This document shows, piece after piece, positions 28,322 to 42,005 of a stretch of 64,000 nucleotides of DNA. Both the position numbers and the translations under genes were made by a program. Source of the stretch: an uncultured Gemmatimonadaceae bacterium (GTDB lineage: Bacteria > Gemmatimonadota > Gemmatimonadetes > Gemmatimonadales > Gemmatimonadaceae). The stretch covers positions 576,001-640,000 of the forward strand of contig CAVUDW010000002.1 of NCBI GenBank assembly GCA_963740355.1, read 5' to 3'. The notes beneath the pieces were generated by a model. The model was given only the letters and a program-made list of their open reading frames with translations, was not told the origin of the DNA and did not search any database. How positions within the stretch are numbered: the first letter of the stretch is position 1; each line of letters begins with the position of its first letter.

Positions 28322-29219
28322 GTCCCTCGATTCTCAACCGGCCAAGCGACAGTCGCTTCGGCGTGTCGTTCGAGTTCTTCCCGCCGAAGACCGAGGAGAT
28401 GGAAGCGCAGCTGTGGCGTGCCATCGAGCGATTGGCGCCCTTGTCACCCAACTTCGTGTCGGTCACGTACGGTGCTGGCGGTTCGACGCGTGAGCGCACG
28501 CATGCGACCGTGCGGCGCATCCTGACCGAGACATCGTTGCGTCCAGCGGCGCACCTGACCTGCGTCTCCGCCACGCAGGATGAGATCCTCGAGGTGGCGC
28601 GGGAATACTGGAACACCGGTGTGCGGCACCTGGTCGCGCTCCGGGGCGATCCGGCCAGCGGCATCGGCACCACCTACGAACCGCATCCCGGTGGGTTCGC
28701 CTATGCGTCCGACCTCGTGACCGGGCTGCGCAAGGCCTTCGATTTCGAACTCAGCGTCAGCGCGTATCCCGAGACGCATCCGACGGCTGGCTCGATGGCG
28801 GCGGAGATCGACAATCTGAAGCGAAAGATCGACGCCGGCGCCACACGCGCCATCACGCAGTTCTTCTTCGACAACTCCATCTACCTGCGCTACCGCGACC
28901 GTGCCCGTGCGGCAGGGATCGAGGTGCCGATCGTTCCCGGCATCATGCCGGTCACGAACTTCGCGCAGACGCGCAAGTTCTCGGCGATGGCCGGCGCGTC
29001 AGTGCCTGATTCGATGGCCCGCCACTTCGATGGCCTCGAAGAGGATGCCGATACACGCAAGCTGGTGGCCGCCACTCTCGCTGCGGAGCAGTGCACGAAG
29101 CTCGCGGACGAGGGAGTGGAGGACTTCCACTTCTACACACTCAATCGCGCCGATCTGGCGTACGCCATCTGTCACATCCTCGGGTTGCGCGCGACGCGTG
29201 AACCGGCACAGGTCACCGC

Positions 29220-29223
<4 letters not shown>
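28318..29223 (+). CDS. metF: 5,10-methylenetetrahydrofolate reductase
   Basis: [47 protein letters not shown] coupling. Confidence 0.97.
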
Positions 29224-33020
<3,797 letters not shown>

Positions 33021-33131
33021 GCTGAGCCTGACCGGGAGGGACACGCGCTTCCCGGCAAGGGTCCGAGCAAGCGTGCGCGGGTGTGGTGGCGGTGCGCAGG
33101 TGCTACGGTCGTGGTCGCTGCGGTGTCGATC

Positions 33132-33292
33132 TGTGGCATGCACACCACGGTTGTCGTGCCGCCACACACAAACGGATGGGAGCCGAGCTCGGCCGGACAA
33201 TTGTTGATGTTCTCTAAGTTGTTGTCTTACATTGGCTTCGCGAGAGTGTGGTGGCATTGCTGCACTCGGAGAACTACGGCACGACCCCTGCA
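33132..33292 (+). promoter_or_regulatory. predicted sigma-54 promoter module of PEP-CTERM paralog 1
   Basis: TGTGG-catgcaca-CCACG 33132-49; AAG-N17-CTT 33216-38; cGGcacgacccctGCa 33277-92. Confidence 0.7.
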
Positions 33293-33346
33293 CTTGATCG
33301 AGCCGTCCACGCTAGTACAGACAGCTCCATTCAGAGGATTAACCAG

Positions 33347-34219
33347 ATGCGTCGTATTTCCTTCGGTGTCGCCCTGGCGACTGCAGCGGTTGTTTCGCCG
33401 CTCAGCGCTCAGACGTGGCAGTCGATCGGTGCCCCCAACAACAGCGGTTCTGGGGCGTACTGGAACAATGTGTCCGACGACAATGTCGGTTCGGCCACGT
33501 GCAACAGCGGTGCAATCCTGACGAACACGCCAGGCCTCGCCGCCGGTTCATGCAGCAATCAGGGCCCGGTGTTCCTCCCGTTGAACCCGGCTCCGCTCAC
33601 CACCCAGAACGTGTTCCTCGGCGGCGCCGGCGGCACGAATCCGGGCGCCTTCCGCTTCGCGGCTGGCACGTACAACATCAGCTCGCTGGGTCGCGTCGCT
33701 GGTGATCAGAGCACGTCGTGGGGCATCATCCTCGACAACGGCACGGTCTTCACGGCCGCGCAGCTCGCCGCTGGAAACGCAGCTGGTGGTACGGTCGTCT
33801 CCGGCCCGTTCGCGGTCTGGATCACGCAGTCGCTGCCGCAGGCGGGCGCTGGCACGATCTACACGTCGACCCAGTCGACGGGCGCTGTCGCAATCGGCTC
33901 GCGTACGGCTTCGGTCAACCAGCAGTTCGCCGTCTTCACGAACGGCACTGGTGTGGGTAACCTCGGCGCGATCACGACCGATGCTTTCGGCGCGATCATC
34001 AACTCGTCGGGTGCAGGCGCTCGTTACTTCGTCGGCATGGAAGACAACGTCAACGGTGGTCGTGGCTTCGGTGCCGCAGCCCCGGGTCGTGCTTCCGATC
34101 GCGATTACAACGACATCCTGATCTCGATCCAGGCTGTTCCAGAGCCGGCCACGATCGGCCTGATGGGCTTCGGCCTGCTGGCGCTGGCTGGTGTCGCCCG
34201 CAAGCGTCGCAAGGCGTAA
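33347..34219 (+). CDS. PEP-CTERM surface protein, paralog 1 (DUF4114-like acidic motif)
   Basis: Signal peptide MRRISFG...LSAQ; VGMED...SDRDYNDI; VPEPATI-TM-RKRRKA. Confidence 0.9.
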   Translation: MRRISFGVALATAAVVSPLSAQTWQSIGAPNNSGSGAYWNNVSDDNVGSATCNSGAILTNTPGLAAGSCSNQGPVFLPLNPAPLTTQNVFLGGAGGTNPGAFRFAAGTYNISSLGRVAGDQSTSWGIILDNGTVFTAAQLAAGNAAGGTVVSGPFAVWITQSLPQAGAGTIYTSTQSTGAVAIGSRTASVNQQFAVFTNGTGVGNLGAITTDAFGAIINSSGAGARYFVGMEDNVNGGRGFGAAAPGRASDRDYNDILISIQAVPEPATIGLMGFGLLALAGVARKRRKA

Positions 34220-34241
34220 GCGATCGACCTTCCGGTCTTGA

Positions 34242-34280
34242 AAGAGGGGCGGCTGTCTTCGGACAGCCGCCCCTCTTTTT
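34242..34280 (+). terminator. intrinsic terminator
   Basis: AAGAGGGGCGGCTGTC-TTCG-GACAGCCGCCCCTCTT followed by TTT. Confidence 0.9.
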
Positions 34281-34339
34281 GCGTGCCAGATGCGGCGTCG
34301 CCGGCGCATCTGTCCGACGATCCTTCATGAATCGAAGAG

Positions 34340-34470
34340 TGTGGCGTGCGCACCTCGATGTTTCAGCGATTGTCTCAGGGCCTACCCGCATACCATGAGC
34401 CCTCACCATCGTGAAGTCGTTACGCAGTAACGACTTACCTCATTGAAAAGGCTTCGGTCCGGCTCATGCG
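34340..34470 (+). promoter_or_regulatory. predicted sigma-54 promoter module of PEP-CTERM paralog 2
   Basis: TGTGG-cgtgcgca-CCTCG 34340-57; perfect IR AAGTCGTTAC-gca-GTAACGACTT 34414-36; cGGtccggctcatGC 34455-69. Confidence 0.6.
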
Positions 34471-34527
34471 CTACAGGAAAGTGTGTCCGCATTCCTTGAA
34501 GTCGCAGTACAACCGAGGTAGTCCCGC

Positions 34528-35382
34528 ATGCGAGTACTCTCTGCAAGTGTTCTCCTGTTCGCCGCAACGGCAGCCGTTGCTCCCCTGCGTGCCCAGACGT
34601 GGCAGCCCATTGGTGTTCCTGACCGTACGGGAACGGGCGAATACTGGAACAACCCGTCTGACGATTCACAGAACGGTGCTGTCTGTCACATCGGTGCCGT
34701 GCTCACCAACGCACCAGCCGCTCCTGTTGGCTGCCTGAACCAGAACCCGACGTTCCTTCCGCTCACACCCGCACCGCTGACGACGACAGATGTCTTCCTC
34801 GGTGGTCCTGCCGGTGCTGAGCCTGGAGTTGGTGGGTTCCGCTTTGCTGCAGGCACGTACAACATCAGCGCGCTTGGTCGCGTCGCTGGAACGGCAACCA
34901 CGTCATGGGGCGTGATCCTCGACAACGGCACCGTGTTCACCGCCGCGCAGTTGTCGTCGGGCAATACGGTCATCGCCGGCCCGTTCGCAATCTGGATCTC
35001 GCAGGCGCTCCCGCAGGCCGGAGCAGGCACGATTTACACCTCTGACCGTCGCACTGGTGCGGTGGCCATCGGAAGCCGTGGTGCCACCATCAACCAGCAG
35101 TTCGCGGTGTTCACCCGCGGCGCTGGCGCTGCAGCGCTCAGCACGGATGCGTTCGGAACGATCATCAACAGCAGCAACCCGAACACCGCCTTCTATGTCG
35201 GTATGGAAGACAACGTGAACGCGGGCCGTGGCTTCGGCGTCGCAGGTGAAGGCCGCATCTCTGATCGCGATTACAACGACATCATCATCTCGATCCAGGC
35301 TGTTCCGGAGCCGGCAACGTTCGCACTCCTCGGCATGGGCCTGCTGGCCCTCGCTGGGATTGCAAAGCGTCGCAAGGCGTAA
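34528..35382 (+). CDS. PEP-CTERM surface protein, paralog 2
   Basis: Collinear with paralog 1; signal peptide; VPEPATF-TM-KRRKA. Confidence 0.9.
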   Translation: MRVLSASVLLFAATAAVAPLRAQTWQPIGVPDRTGTGEYWNNPSDDSQNGAVCHIGAVLTNAPAAPVGCLNQNPTFLPLTPAPLTTTDVFLGGPAGAEPGVGGFRFAAGTYNISALGRVAGTATTSWGVILDNGTVFTAAQLSSGNTVIAGPFAIWISQALPQAGAGTIYTSDRRTGAVAIGSRGATINQQFAVFTRGAGAAALSTDAFGTIINSSNPNTAFYVGMEDNVNAGRGFGVAGEGRISDRDYNDIIISIQAVPEPATFALLGMGLLALAGIAKRRKA

Positions 35383-35406
35383 ACGCACTGCGCGTCGCTG
35401 GAAGTC

Positions 35407-35444
35407 AAGTGGGGCGGCGGTCTTCGGACCGCCGCCCCACTTCT
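35407..35444 (+). terminator. intrinsic terminator
   Basis: AAGTGGGGCGGCGGTC-TTCG-GACCGCCGCCCCACTT. Confidence 0.8.
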
Positions 35445-35465
35445 TGCTTGCCGACAGGGGAAATG

Positions 35466-35619
35466 TGTGGCGTTCGTACCGCGCATTCCACCGGATTGTC
35501 GCAGCTATGCCGAACACGACCGTGCATCGTAATGTTTCACAATGCGCATACGCTGTATGCACTCTCGAACGAATTTGATCAAGCGATCTTCGTCTCCTCT
35601 GAACGGTACAGGCCATGCA
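35466..35619 (+). promoter_or_regulatory. predicted sigma-54 promoter module of PEP-CTERM paralog 3
   Basis: TGTGG-cgttcgta-CCGCG 35466-83; partial box with TGT-ttc-ACA core 35526-48; cGGtacaggccatGCa 35604-19. Confidence 0.6.
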
Positions 35620-35675
35620 CCCAATGAGACTGTCCGCGCTACCCGCAGTCTGAAGTGCCACAGAGGAAGTTCGAT

Positions 35676-36536
35676 ATGCGAAGTCTCTCCACCAGTCTGC
35701 TGCTTGCTGCAGCTGCAGTTGCCGCACCGCTTCACGCACAAACCTGGCAGGCCATTGGCGTGCCGAGCAACACAAACTCCGGGGCCTACTGGAACAACCA
35801 GTCGTACGGCTCGCCATCCGGGGTCGTCTGCAATGTCGGCGCTGTGTTGACGAACATGCCCGCAGCACCCACGACCTGCCCCAACCAGACGCCGTCTTTT
35901 GTACCGATCACGCCAACGCCGCTGACGACATCGAATGTCTTCCTCGGTGGCGCTGCTGGTACTGAGCCAGGCGCAGGCGGCTTTCGATTTGCCGCGGGCA
36001 CGTACAACATCTTTTCGCTCGGTCGCATCGAAGGCGCACCGAACACGCCGTGGGGCGTCATTCTCGACAATGGCACCGTGTTTACCGCAGCACAGCTCTC
36101 AAACGGCAACACCGTCCTGACCAGCAGCTTCTCGATCTGGATTGCGCAGGCGCTTCCCTTGGCGGGCGCCGGAACGATCTACACCTCTGATCGCCGCACC
36201 GGCGCACTGGCCATCGGTGCTCGTGGCGAGACGATCAATCAGCAGTTCGCAGTCTTCACGAATGCGACGGGTGTTGGCAGCCTCGGTGGGCTGTCGAGCG
36301 ACGTCTTCGGAACGGTCATCAATTCGACCGGTCAAGGCGCCAAGTATTATGTCGGCATGGAAGACATCGTCAATGGCGGCCGTGGATTCGGCGTTGCCGG
36401 CCCCGGCATCGTTTCGGATCGCGATTACCAGGATATCCTGATCTCGATCCAGGCCGTTCCGGAACCAGCTACCATCGCCTTGATGGGCTTCGGAATGCTG
36501 GCTCTTGGCGTCTTTGCCAAGCGTCGCAAGGCGTAA
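35676..36536 (+). CDS. PEP-CTERM surface protein, paralog 3
   Basis: MRSLSTS...LHAQ signal after AGAGG; collinear with paralogs 1 and 2; VPEPATI-TM-KRRKA. Confidence 0.9.
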   Translation: MRSLSTSLLLAAAAVAAPLHAQTWQAIGVPSNTNSGAYWNNQSYGSPSGVVCNVGAVLTNMPAAPTTCPNQTPSFVPITPTPLTTSNVFLGGAAGTEPGAGGFRFAAGTYNIFSLGRIEGAPNTPWGVILDNGTVFTAAQLSNGNTVLTSSFSIWIAQALPLAGAGTIYTSDRRTGALAIGARGETINQQFAVFTNATGVGSLGGLSSDVFGTVINSTGQGAKYYVGMEDIVNGGRGFGVAGPGIVSDRDYQDILISIQAVPEPATIALMGFGMLALGVFAKRRKA

Positions 36537-36559
36537 ACGCACTGCGCATCGCTGGAAGT

Positions 36560-36597
36560 AAAGTGGGGCGGCCGTCAGCTGACGGCCGCCCCACTTT
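36560..36597. terminator. probably bidirectional terminator
   Basis: AAAGTGGGGCGGCCGTC-agct-GACGGCCGCCCCACTTT between convergent genes. Confidence 0.8.
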
Positions 36598-36682
36598 GCC
36601 TATCATGCACTGTTGCCGATACGCTCGGCCCATCACGACGGCGCGTACAGGTGCTGCGGTATCACCCACCTACCGGCTCGGA

Positions 36683-37273
36683 TCAGATCGCGCTCACGAT
36701 GAAGCCCCCGACGAACTGAAGCAGGTAGTACAGGATCAACGGCGTGATGTCGAACGGGCCGAGGCTCGGTATCACGGAGCGCAGCGGAGCGAGCAGCGGC
36801 TCAGTGATCGTGTACGTCCACCGCAGCCAGCGCGCCCGGGCGAGGCCGCCGAACCACGACGACAGCACGCGGATCATCAATGCGATCTGCAGCACCGCGA
36901 ATGTGAGCTGTACCAGCGCGCGCAGTGCGCCGCGCGGGCCGCTCACCAGGCCCAGCGCGGTCGAGGCGAGGATGCCGATGATGTAGCCGAGCAGCGACTG
37001 GGCCAGAATGCCAAGCACGATGAACGCCGCCAGCCCCCACCAGGGGATCGTGGCCGGCGAGCCACCAGCGTTCAGCACCGGCGCTTCGACCGGCCGCAGG
37101 AATGGATCCACCTTCTCCCGTGCGAAGCGACCTAATGGCGTGAACGGGCTGATGCGTCGCGTGCGCGTCGCCCAACTCAGTGTGCACAGCGCTGCCACGA
37201 TGCAGGCCGCCACAAACAGGGCAGGCCGGCTGTAGTACGCGATGGTCGACAGAACACCGATGAGCAAATCCAT
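36683..37273 (-). CDS. yggT: YggT family membrane protein (two repeats)
   Basis: VDPFLRPVE and ITEPLLAPLRSVIPSLGPFDITPLI. Confidence 0.88.
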   Translation of the reverse strand: MDLLIGVLSTIAYYSRPALFVAACIVAALCTLSWATRTRRISPFTPLGRFAREKVDPFLRPVEAPVLNAGGSPATIPWWGLAAFIVLGILAQSLLGYIIGILASTALGLVSGPRGALRALVQLTFAVLQIALMIRVLSSWFGGLARARWLRWTYTITEPLLAPLRSVIPSLGPFDITPLILYYLLQFVGGFIVSAI

Positions 37274-37317
37274 ATCGTCAGTCAGAACAGGTCGAGGGAG
37301 AAAGCGTGCAGTCGTGA

Positions 37318-38907
37318 TCAGCGCCGCGGCCAGAAGCGTACTGCGTCGACGGCGCCGCGCAGCCGTAGCAGGAGGTTCGGTGCGTGCGCAGTTCGGGCGA
37401 CCGCATCGAGAAACGGCCCGTGATCAGGTGAACGCGTGAACCACCAGGGCTGAGGCATCCAGCCAATTCGATCACGAACGATGGTGCGTGCTTGTGTACA
37501 CTCGAGCAGCCCTTCCGCCCCGTGCGAACGGCCAGTCCCGCTGGCCTTCACGCCGCCGTGCGGCAGGTTGGGAATGCCCACGTTCACGACCACATCGTTC
37601 ACCAGCACGGTCCCAACTTCGAGACGAGCTGCCATCTTCGTCGCCTCTGCGGCGTCTGTCGTCCAGACGCTTGCGCTGAGGCCGAATTCGCTCGCGTTCG
37701 CCAACGCGACCGCCTCGTCGGCACTGCGCACGCGCGTCACGGCCATCAACGGACCGAACGCCTCCTCCGTCATGATGCGTGCGTCGAGTGGCACGTCGAC
37801 CAGCAAGGTCGGCGACACGAGAGCGTCCGGTTCGCCAACCGATTCAGCACGAACCGTCGAAACGAGGCGGGCTCCCTTCACAATCGCGTCATCACGCTGC
37901 GCCGCGAGCGCCACGGCCTGCTGCGGCCGGACGAGGGGGCCGACATGGCCTCCGTCAGGGCCGCCGACGTGCAAGTGCGCCATCTCTGCGGTGAGCGCCG
38001 CGACGAGTTGATCGTACGCCTCGTCCACGACGAAGATGCGCTTCGGGGCCACACAGGTCTGGCCGGCGGTAAAGAACCGACCCCAGACCAGGCCGCGAGC
38101 CGCCATCGGCATGTTGGCATCGGCGAGGACGATCGCGGCGTCGCTCCCACCCAACTCAAGGTTCACGGGGATCATCCGGCGACCGCAGGCCTCGGCGACC
38201 GCACGACCGCCACGCACGCTGCCGGTGAAGAACACCTTGTCCACGCCGGATTCAATGAGCGTGGCACCGGTCTCTCCGTCTCCCGGCAGCACCTGGCAGA
38301 TGTCTGGCGGCACCCCGGCACTGACGAGCAGCTCGGCCAGCAGTTCTGCCGTGGCGGTGCTGAATTCAGATGGCTTGAGCACGACGGCGTTTCCGGCCAG
38401 CAGCGCCGGCATGATCACACCGGCAGCGAGCATCAGCGGGTAGTTCCATGGACTGATGACCGCCACCACGCCGAAGGGCTCGCGGCGGATTTCGACCACC
38501 TTCCGAAGCATTGCCAGTGAGGCGCCCGTTTCGCGGCGAGGCCGCAACACCCGGGCACCATGGGTCAGGTAGTAGCGGGCCAGATCCAGGGTGACCAACA
38601 CGTCAGCGGCGAGCGCATCCGACTTCGACTTCCCGACCTCGCGCTCGATGAGCGCCGCCGCCTCGTGTCGCCGTGCAAACAGCGCGGCGCGGAATCGGCC
38701 GAGGACCGCAACCCGTGCTGCGAGCGGCTTTGCGGCCCAGGCGGGCTGCGCCGTTCTGGCGCGCGACACCGATTCCTGAACGAACTCGACAGTTGGATGC
38801 TCCCAGCGCCGCCAAGTCTCGCCCGTCCTCGGGTCACGCGACGCAACCGGTCGCCGAGCCAGCGCGGCAGTATCCATTCGGGCGGCGAGCTCGAGGTCAG
38901 TGGCCAT
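37318..38907 (-). CDS. aldehyde dehydrogenase family protein
   Basis: ISPWNYP, LKPSE, FTGSVRGG, LELGG, AGQTC, EEAFGP, GGVKASG. Confidence 0.95.
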   Translation of the reverse strand: MATDLELAARMDTAALARRPVASRDPRTGETWRRWEHPTVEFVQESVSRARTAQPAWAAKPLAARVAVLGRFRAALFARRHEAAALIEREVGKSKSDALAADVLVTLDLARYYLTHGARVLRPRRETGASLAMLRKVVEIRREPFGVVAVISPWNYPLMLAAGVIMPALLAGNAVVLKPSEFSTATAELLAELLVSAGVPPDICQVLPGDGETGATLIESGVDKVFFTGSVRGGRAVAEACGRRMIPVNLELGGSDAAIVLADANMPMAARGLVWGRFFTAGQTCVAPKRIFVVDEAYDQLVAALTAEMAHLHVGGPDGGHVGPLVRPQQAVALAAQRDDAIVKGARLVSTVRAESVGEPDALVSPTLLVDVPLDARIMTEEAFGPLMAVTRVRSADEAVALANASEFGLSASVWTTDAAEATKMAARLEVGTVLVNDVVVNVGIPNLPHGGVKASGTGRSHGAEGLLECTQARTIVRDRIGWMPQPWWFTRSPDHGPFLDAVARTAHAPNLLLRLRGAVDAVRFWPRR

Positions 38908-39246
38908 TGGGGCAGTTTCGCGGGTCTGCGACACGCAGACAATGCCGGCCGATCGGCTGACGACGGGACGCCTCGAGAGGCGCTTCGTCAGGTTGGCTTT
39001 CGTGATCCGCCGGACGCCGCCGGAGGACCAATCGGCAGCGCTGCGGCTGTTGCGTAATCCTATGTCTTGTCGTCACTTAGGCGATACCGTCGGGCGAGCC
39101 AGCGCCTCAAGGCGTGCTCAACGGAACTGTCGTGGCCGTCGGGGTAGGGGTGTGAGCGATTCCACTGCGGTGCGATTTTTCAAAGCTGTTCTGATGACTG
39201 CGGCGCGACGTCGCTCCCCGGATTCTTCACCCTTGAGGTTCTTCTC

Positions 39247-40155
39247 GTGACCGAAGCCGCACTCGGCGTCTCGCAGCGCCGAACCGCTGCCATCGACAAG
39301 ACGCTCTGGTTGCCGCTCGGCGCCGCGCTTCTGCTGTTCGTCGCACTCTACGCCAAGCCAGCGTACCTGCTGGTGCGGGACTGGACGAATTTCGACAATC
39401 CGGATTCGGGCACTGGTCTGTTGCTCGCGCCGCTCGCCTTCTGGTTCGCGTTCCAGACGGGCGTGAAGGAAGTGCGGAAGCCTGCGATCGCGCTCGCTGT
39501 CCTCTTTCTGCTGACATCGATCGGGCTGCGGTACGTCTCCGATCTGGCGGCCGAGTTGTTCACCATGCGAGTGTCGATGCTGATCGGCGCAGCGGGTGTC
39601 ATCCTCTGGTTCTTCGGCGTCAAGCAACTGCTGGCGTGGTGGCTGCCGTTCGTGTTGCTCGGCCTCGCCATTCCGTTACCGGAGCTCGTGATCGCCAAGT
39701 TGACCGCGCCATTGCAGCTGGTTGCCTCGCGCATCGGTGCGTCGCTGATCGAATGGCGCCATATCCCGGTCATGCTCAATGGCAACGTGATTCGCATTCC
39801 CGGGCACGACCTGTTCGTGGCCGAGGCGTGCAGCGGGCTGCGATCGCTGACCGCGCTGGTGAATCTCGGTGTGTTGCTGGGTGCGATGCTGCTGGCAAAG
39901 CCGTGGTCACGCGTCACGTTGCTGGTGCTGGCCGTGCCGATGGCGATCCTGATCAACGGTTTCCGCATCTTCCTGACGGCGTTCCTGGTGTTCTTCGTCA
40001 GTCCGGAAGCGGGGTCGGGTTTCATGCACACTACCGAAGGGTGGTTGATGTTCGTGATTGCATTCGCTTCGCTCGGCGCGGTTGCGTCGTTGCTGCTGTT
40101 CATCGAGGGGAAGCTGGCGCGTCGCGGCCAGGCGGAGAGTGAAGTCAATGGCTAA
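39247..40155 (+). CDS. epsH: exosortase (EpsH family)
   Basis: Multi-TM; Cys in VAEACSGLRS, Arg in NGFRI, His in FMHTTEG. Confidence 0.93.
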   Translation: MTEAALGVSQRRTAAIDKTLWLPLGAALLLFVALYAKPAYLLVRDWTNFDNPDSGTGLLLAPLAFWFAFQTGVKEVRKPAIALAVLFLLTSIGLRYVSDLAAELFTMRVSMLIGAAGVILWFFGVKQLLAWWLPFVLLGLAIPLPELVIAKLTAPLQLVASRIGASLIEWRHIPVMLNGNVIRIPGHDLFVAEACSGLRSLTALVNLGVLLGAMLLAKPWSRVTLLVLAVPMAILINGFRIFLTAFLVFFVSPEAGSGFMHTTEGWLMFVIAFASLGAVASLLLFIEGKLARRGQAESEVNG

Positions 40156-40828
40156 TGTCTCGAGTTTCGTACCCGCCATCATTCTCGCCGCAGGCCTCGG
40201 CCTGCTCGGCCTGACGCACGAGCAGGAGCGCCCGAAGCCGCTGAAGCCGATTGCCGGCATCCTCGACTCCGTCGGTGGCTACACCCATTCGTCGATTGCG
40301 GTGGACACGAATTCGCAGCGTGTGGCCGGCATGGACGAATACGTGAATCGCGTGTATTCGAAGGACTCGGCGCAGGTGTTCAGCCTCTATGTCGGCTACT
40401 ACACCTATCAGACGCAGGGCAAGTCGATTCACTCGCCACGCAACTGCCTGCCGGGCGCAGGCTGGGAGCCAGTCGAGAGCGCCGTCTTGCCGATCGCATC
40501 CGCGCCAGGTATCGGGTCGCGCAACATGAACAAGTACGTGCTGGCGAACAACGGCAATTACGCCGCCGTGTACTACTGGTATCAGGGCCGTGGCCGGATC
40601 GAGAGCAATGAGTACACGGTGAAGGTGAACCTGATGCGTGACGCGGCCGTGTATGGTCGCACGGAGGAGGCGCTGGTTCGACTCGTCGTGCCCCTCGACA
40701 CGCGCACCAACCGGACGCAGGAGCACATTCGGGCCGAGATTCAGCGCGCGGATTCGCTGGCTACGTCGCTGGCGCCGCGTCTGTCGCAGGAAGTGGCGGC
40801 AGCGTTGCCGACCGCGCCGCAGGCGTGA
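40148..40828 (+). CDS. epsI: EpsI family exosortase-associated protein
   Basis: LYVGYY...IHSPRNCLPGAGW, VYYWYQGRGR; overlaps the exosortase stop. Confidence 0.92.
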   Translation: MANVSSFVPAIILAAGLGLLGLTHEQERPKPLKPIAGILDSVGGYTHSSIAVDTNSQRVAGMDEYVNRVYSKDSAQVFSLYVGYYTYQTQGKSIHSPRNCLPGAGWEPVESAVLPIASAPGIGSRNMNKYVLANNGNYAAVYYWYQGRGRIESNEYTVKVNLMRDAAVYGRTEEALVRLVVPLDTRTNRTQEHIRAEIQRADSLATSLAPRLSQEVAAALPTAPQA

Positions 40829-40865
40829 GCCTGCCGGACCGCCATCTGTTCCCGATCACCAGCAC

Positions 40866-42005
40866 ATGAACGTCTGGCTGTGGGTGATCGCGATAGCGTT
40901 CGGGGTCCTGTGCTGGACCTGGCTGTTATTCCCGGCGTTGGTCTGGCTTTTGTCGCGACTCGTGCGACCGGTCGACGCGAGGCCGCCTTCCACGCTGCCG
41001 ACCGTGACTGCCGTACTCGCGACTCGCGATGACATCGACACGATCGTGGCGCGGGTCGAGGATTTTTTCCGTACGGCCTATCCGCTCGACTTGGTGGATG
41101 TCGTCGTTGGTGTCGATGCGGCGACGCCGGCGCTGCTGGCGGCGATCCAGGCGGCGTGCGGCGCGCGCCCCGTGACGGTGGTCGCCTCTGATGCGGCTGG
41201 CGGCAAGGCGGCTGGGCTGAATGCTGCCGTACGGCATGCGTCGGGTGACCTGCTCGTCTTCAGCGATGCGCAGCAGCGGTTTGCCCCAGACGCGATCAGC
41301 GTGATGGTTGCGCGACTCTGCACCGATGCCCGATTGGCAGCGGTCGGCGGGGCGCTGCAGCTGCCTGGTGATCGTCCTGATGCGGTGGGCCGCTCGCCGG
41401 TCGAATGGTACTGGCGGTTGGAGCGGCAGCTGCGGGCAGCTGAGGCTCGGTTGCATTCCACGGTGGGATTGAGCGGGTCGATCTATGCGATGTGGCGCCG
41501 CGACTGGCTGCCGATGCCCGACCAGCTGATCCTCGACGACGTGTGGTTGCCGATGCGTCTGGTGCTGGCTGGTCGTCGTATTGGGTATGAGCTTGCTGCC
41601 AAGGCCTGGGATGCCCGCAGCACCACCGCTGCCCAGGAAAAGGTTCGCAAGGTGCGCACGCTGACGGGAAATTTTCAGCTGATCGCGTGGTTGCCGGCAC
41701 TGTTGGTGCCGTTTCGCAATCCGATCTGGCTGCAGTTCGTGAGTCACAAGGTGCTGCGGCTGTTCACGCCGTGGCTGGTATTGGCGTGTGCGGTCGGGGG
41801 GGCTGGCGCGGTCTGGTCGCTGGTGCCGGCGTCGTTGCTGCCGGCGCTGCTGATTGCGACGGCGGCGGCGATGACAGCCGTGCTGCTGACGCCGAAGACG
41901 CGTGGTGTTGCCGTGCGTGCGGCAGGGTGGGGCTGGTCGCTGCAGACGGCGGTGGTCGAGGCGACGATGAACGGGTTGCGGGGGCGGTGGAATGTCTGGC
42001 GCTAA
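40866..42005 (+). CDS. GT2 family glycosyltransferase with TMs
   Basis: GKAAGLN, FSDA, YWRLE, GSIYAM, RKVRTLTGNFQ, SHKVLR. Confidence 0.9.
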   Translation: MNVWLWVIAIAFGVLCWTWLLFPALVWLLSRLVRPVDARPPSTLPTVTAVLATRDDIDTIVARVEDFFRTAYPLDLVDVVVGVDAATPALLAAIQAACGARPVTVVASDAAGGKAAGLNAAVRHASGDLLVFSDAQQRFAPDAISVMVARLCTDARLAAVGGALQLPGDRPDAVGRSPVEWYWRLERQLRAAEARLHSTVGLSGSIYAMWRRDWLPMPDQLILDDVWLPMRLVLAGRRIGYELAAKAWDARSTTAAQEKVRKVRTLTGNFQLIAWLPALLVPFRNPIWLQFVSHKVLRLFTPWLVLACAVGGAGAVWSLVPASLLPALLIATAAAMTAVLLTPKTRGVAVRAAGWGWSLQTAVVEATMNGLRGRWNVWR

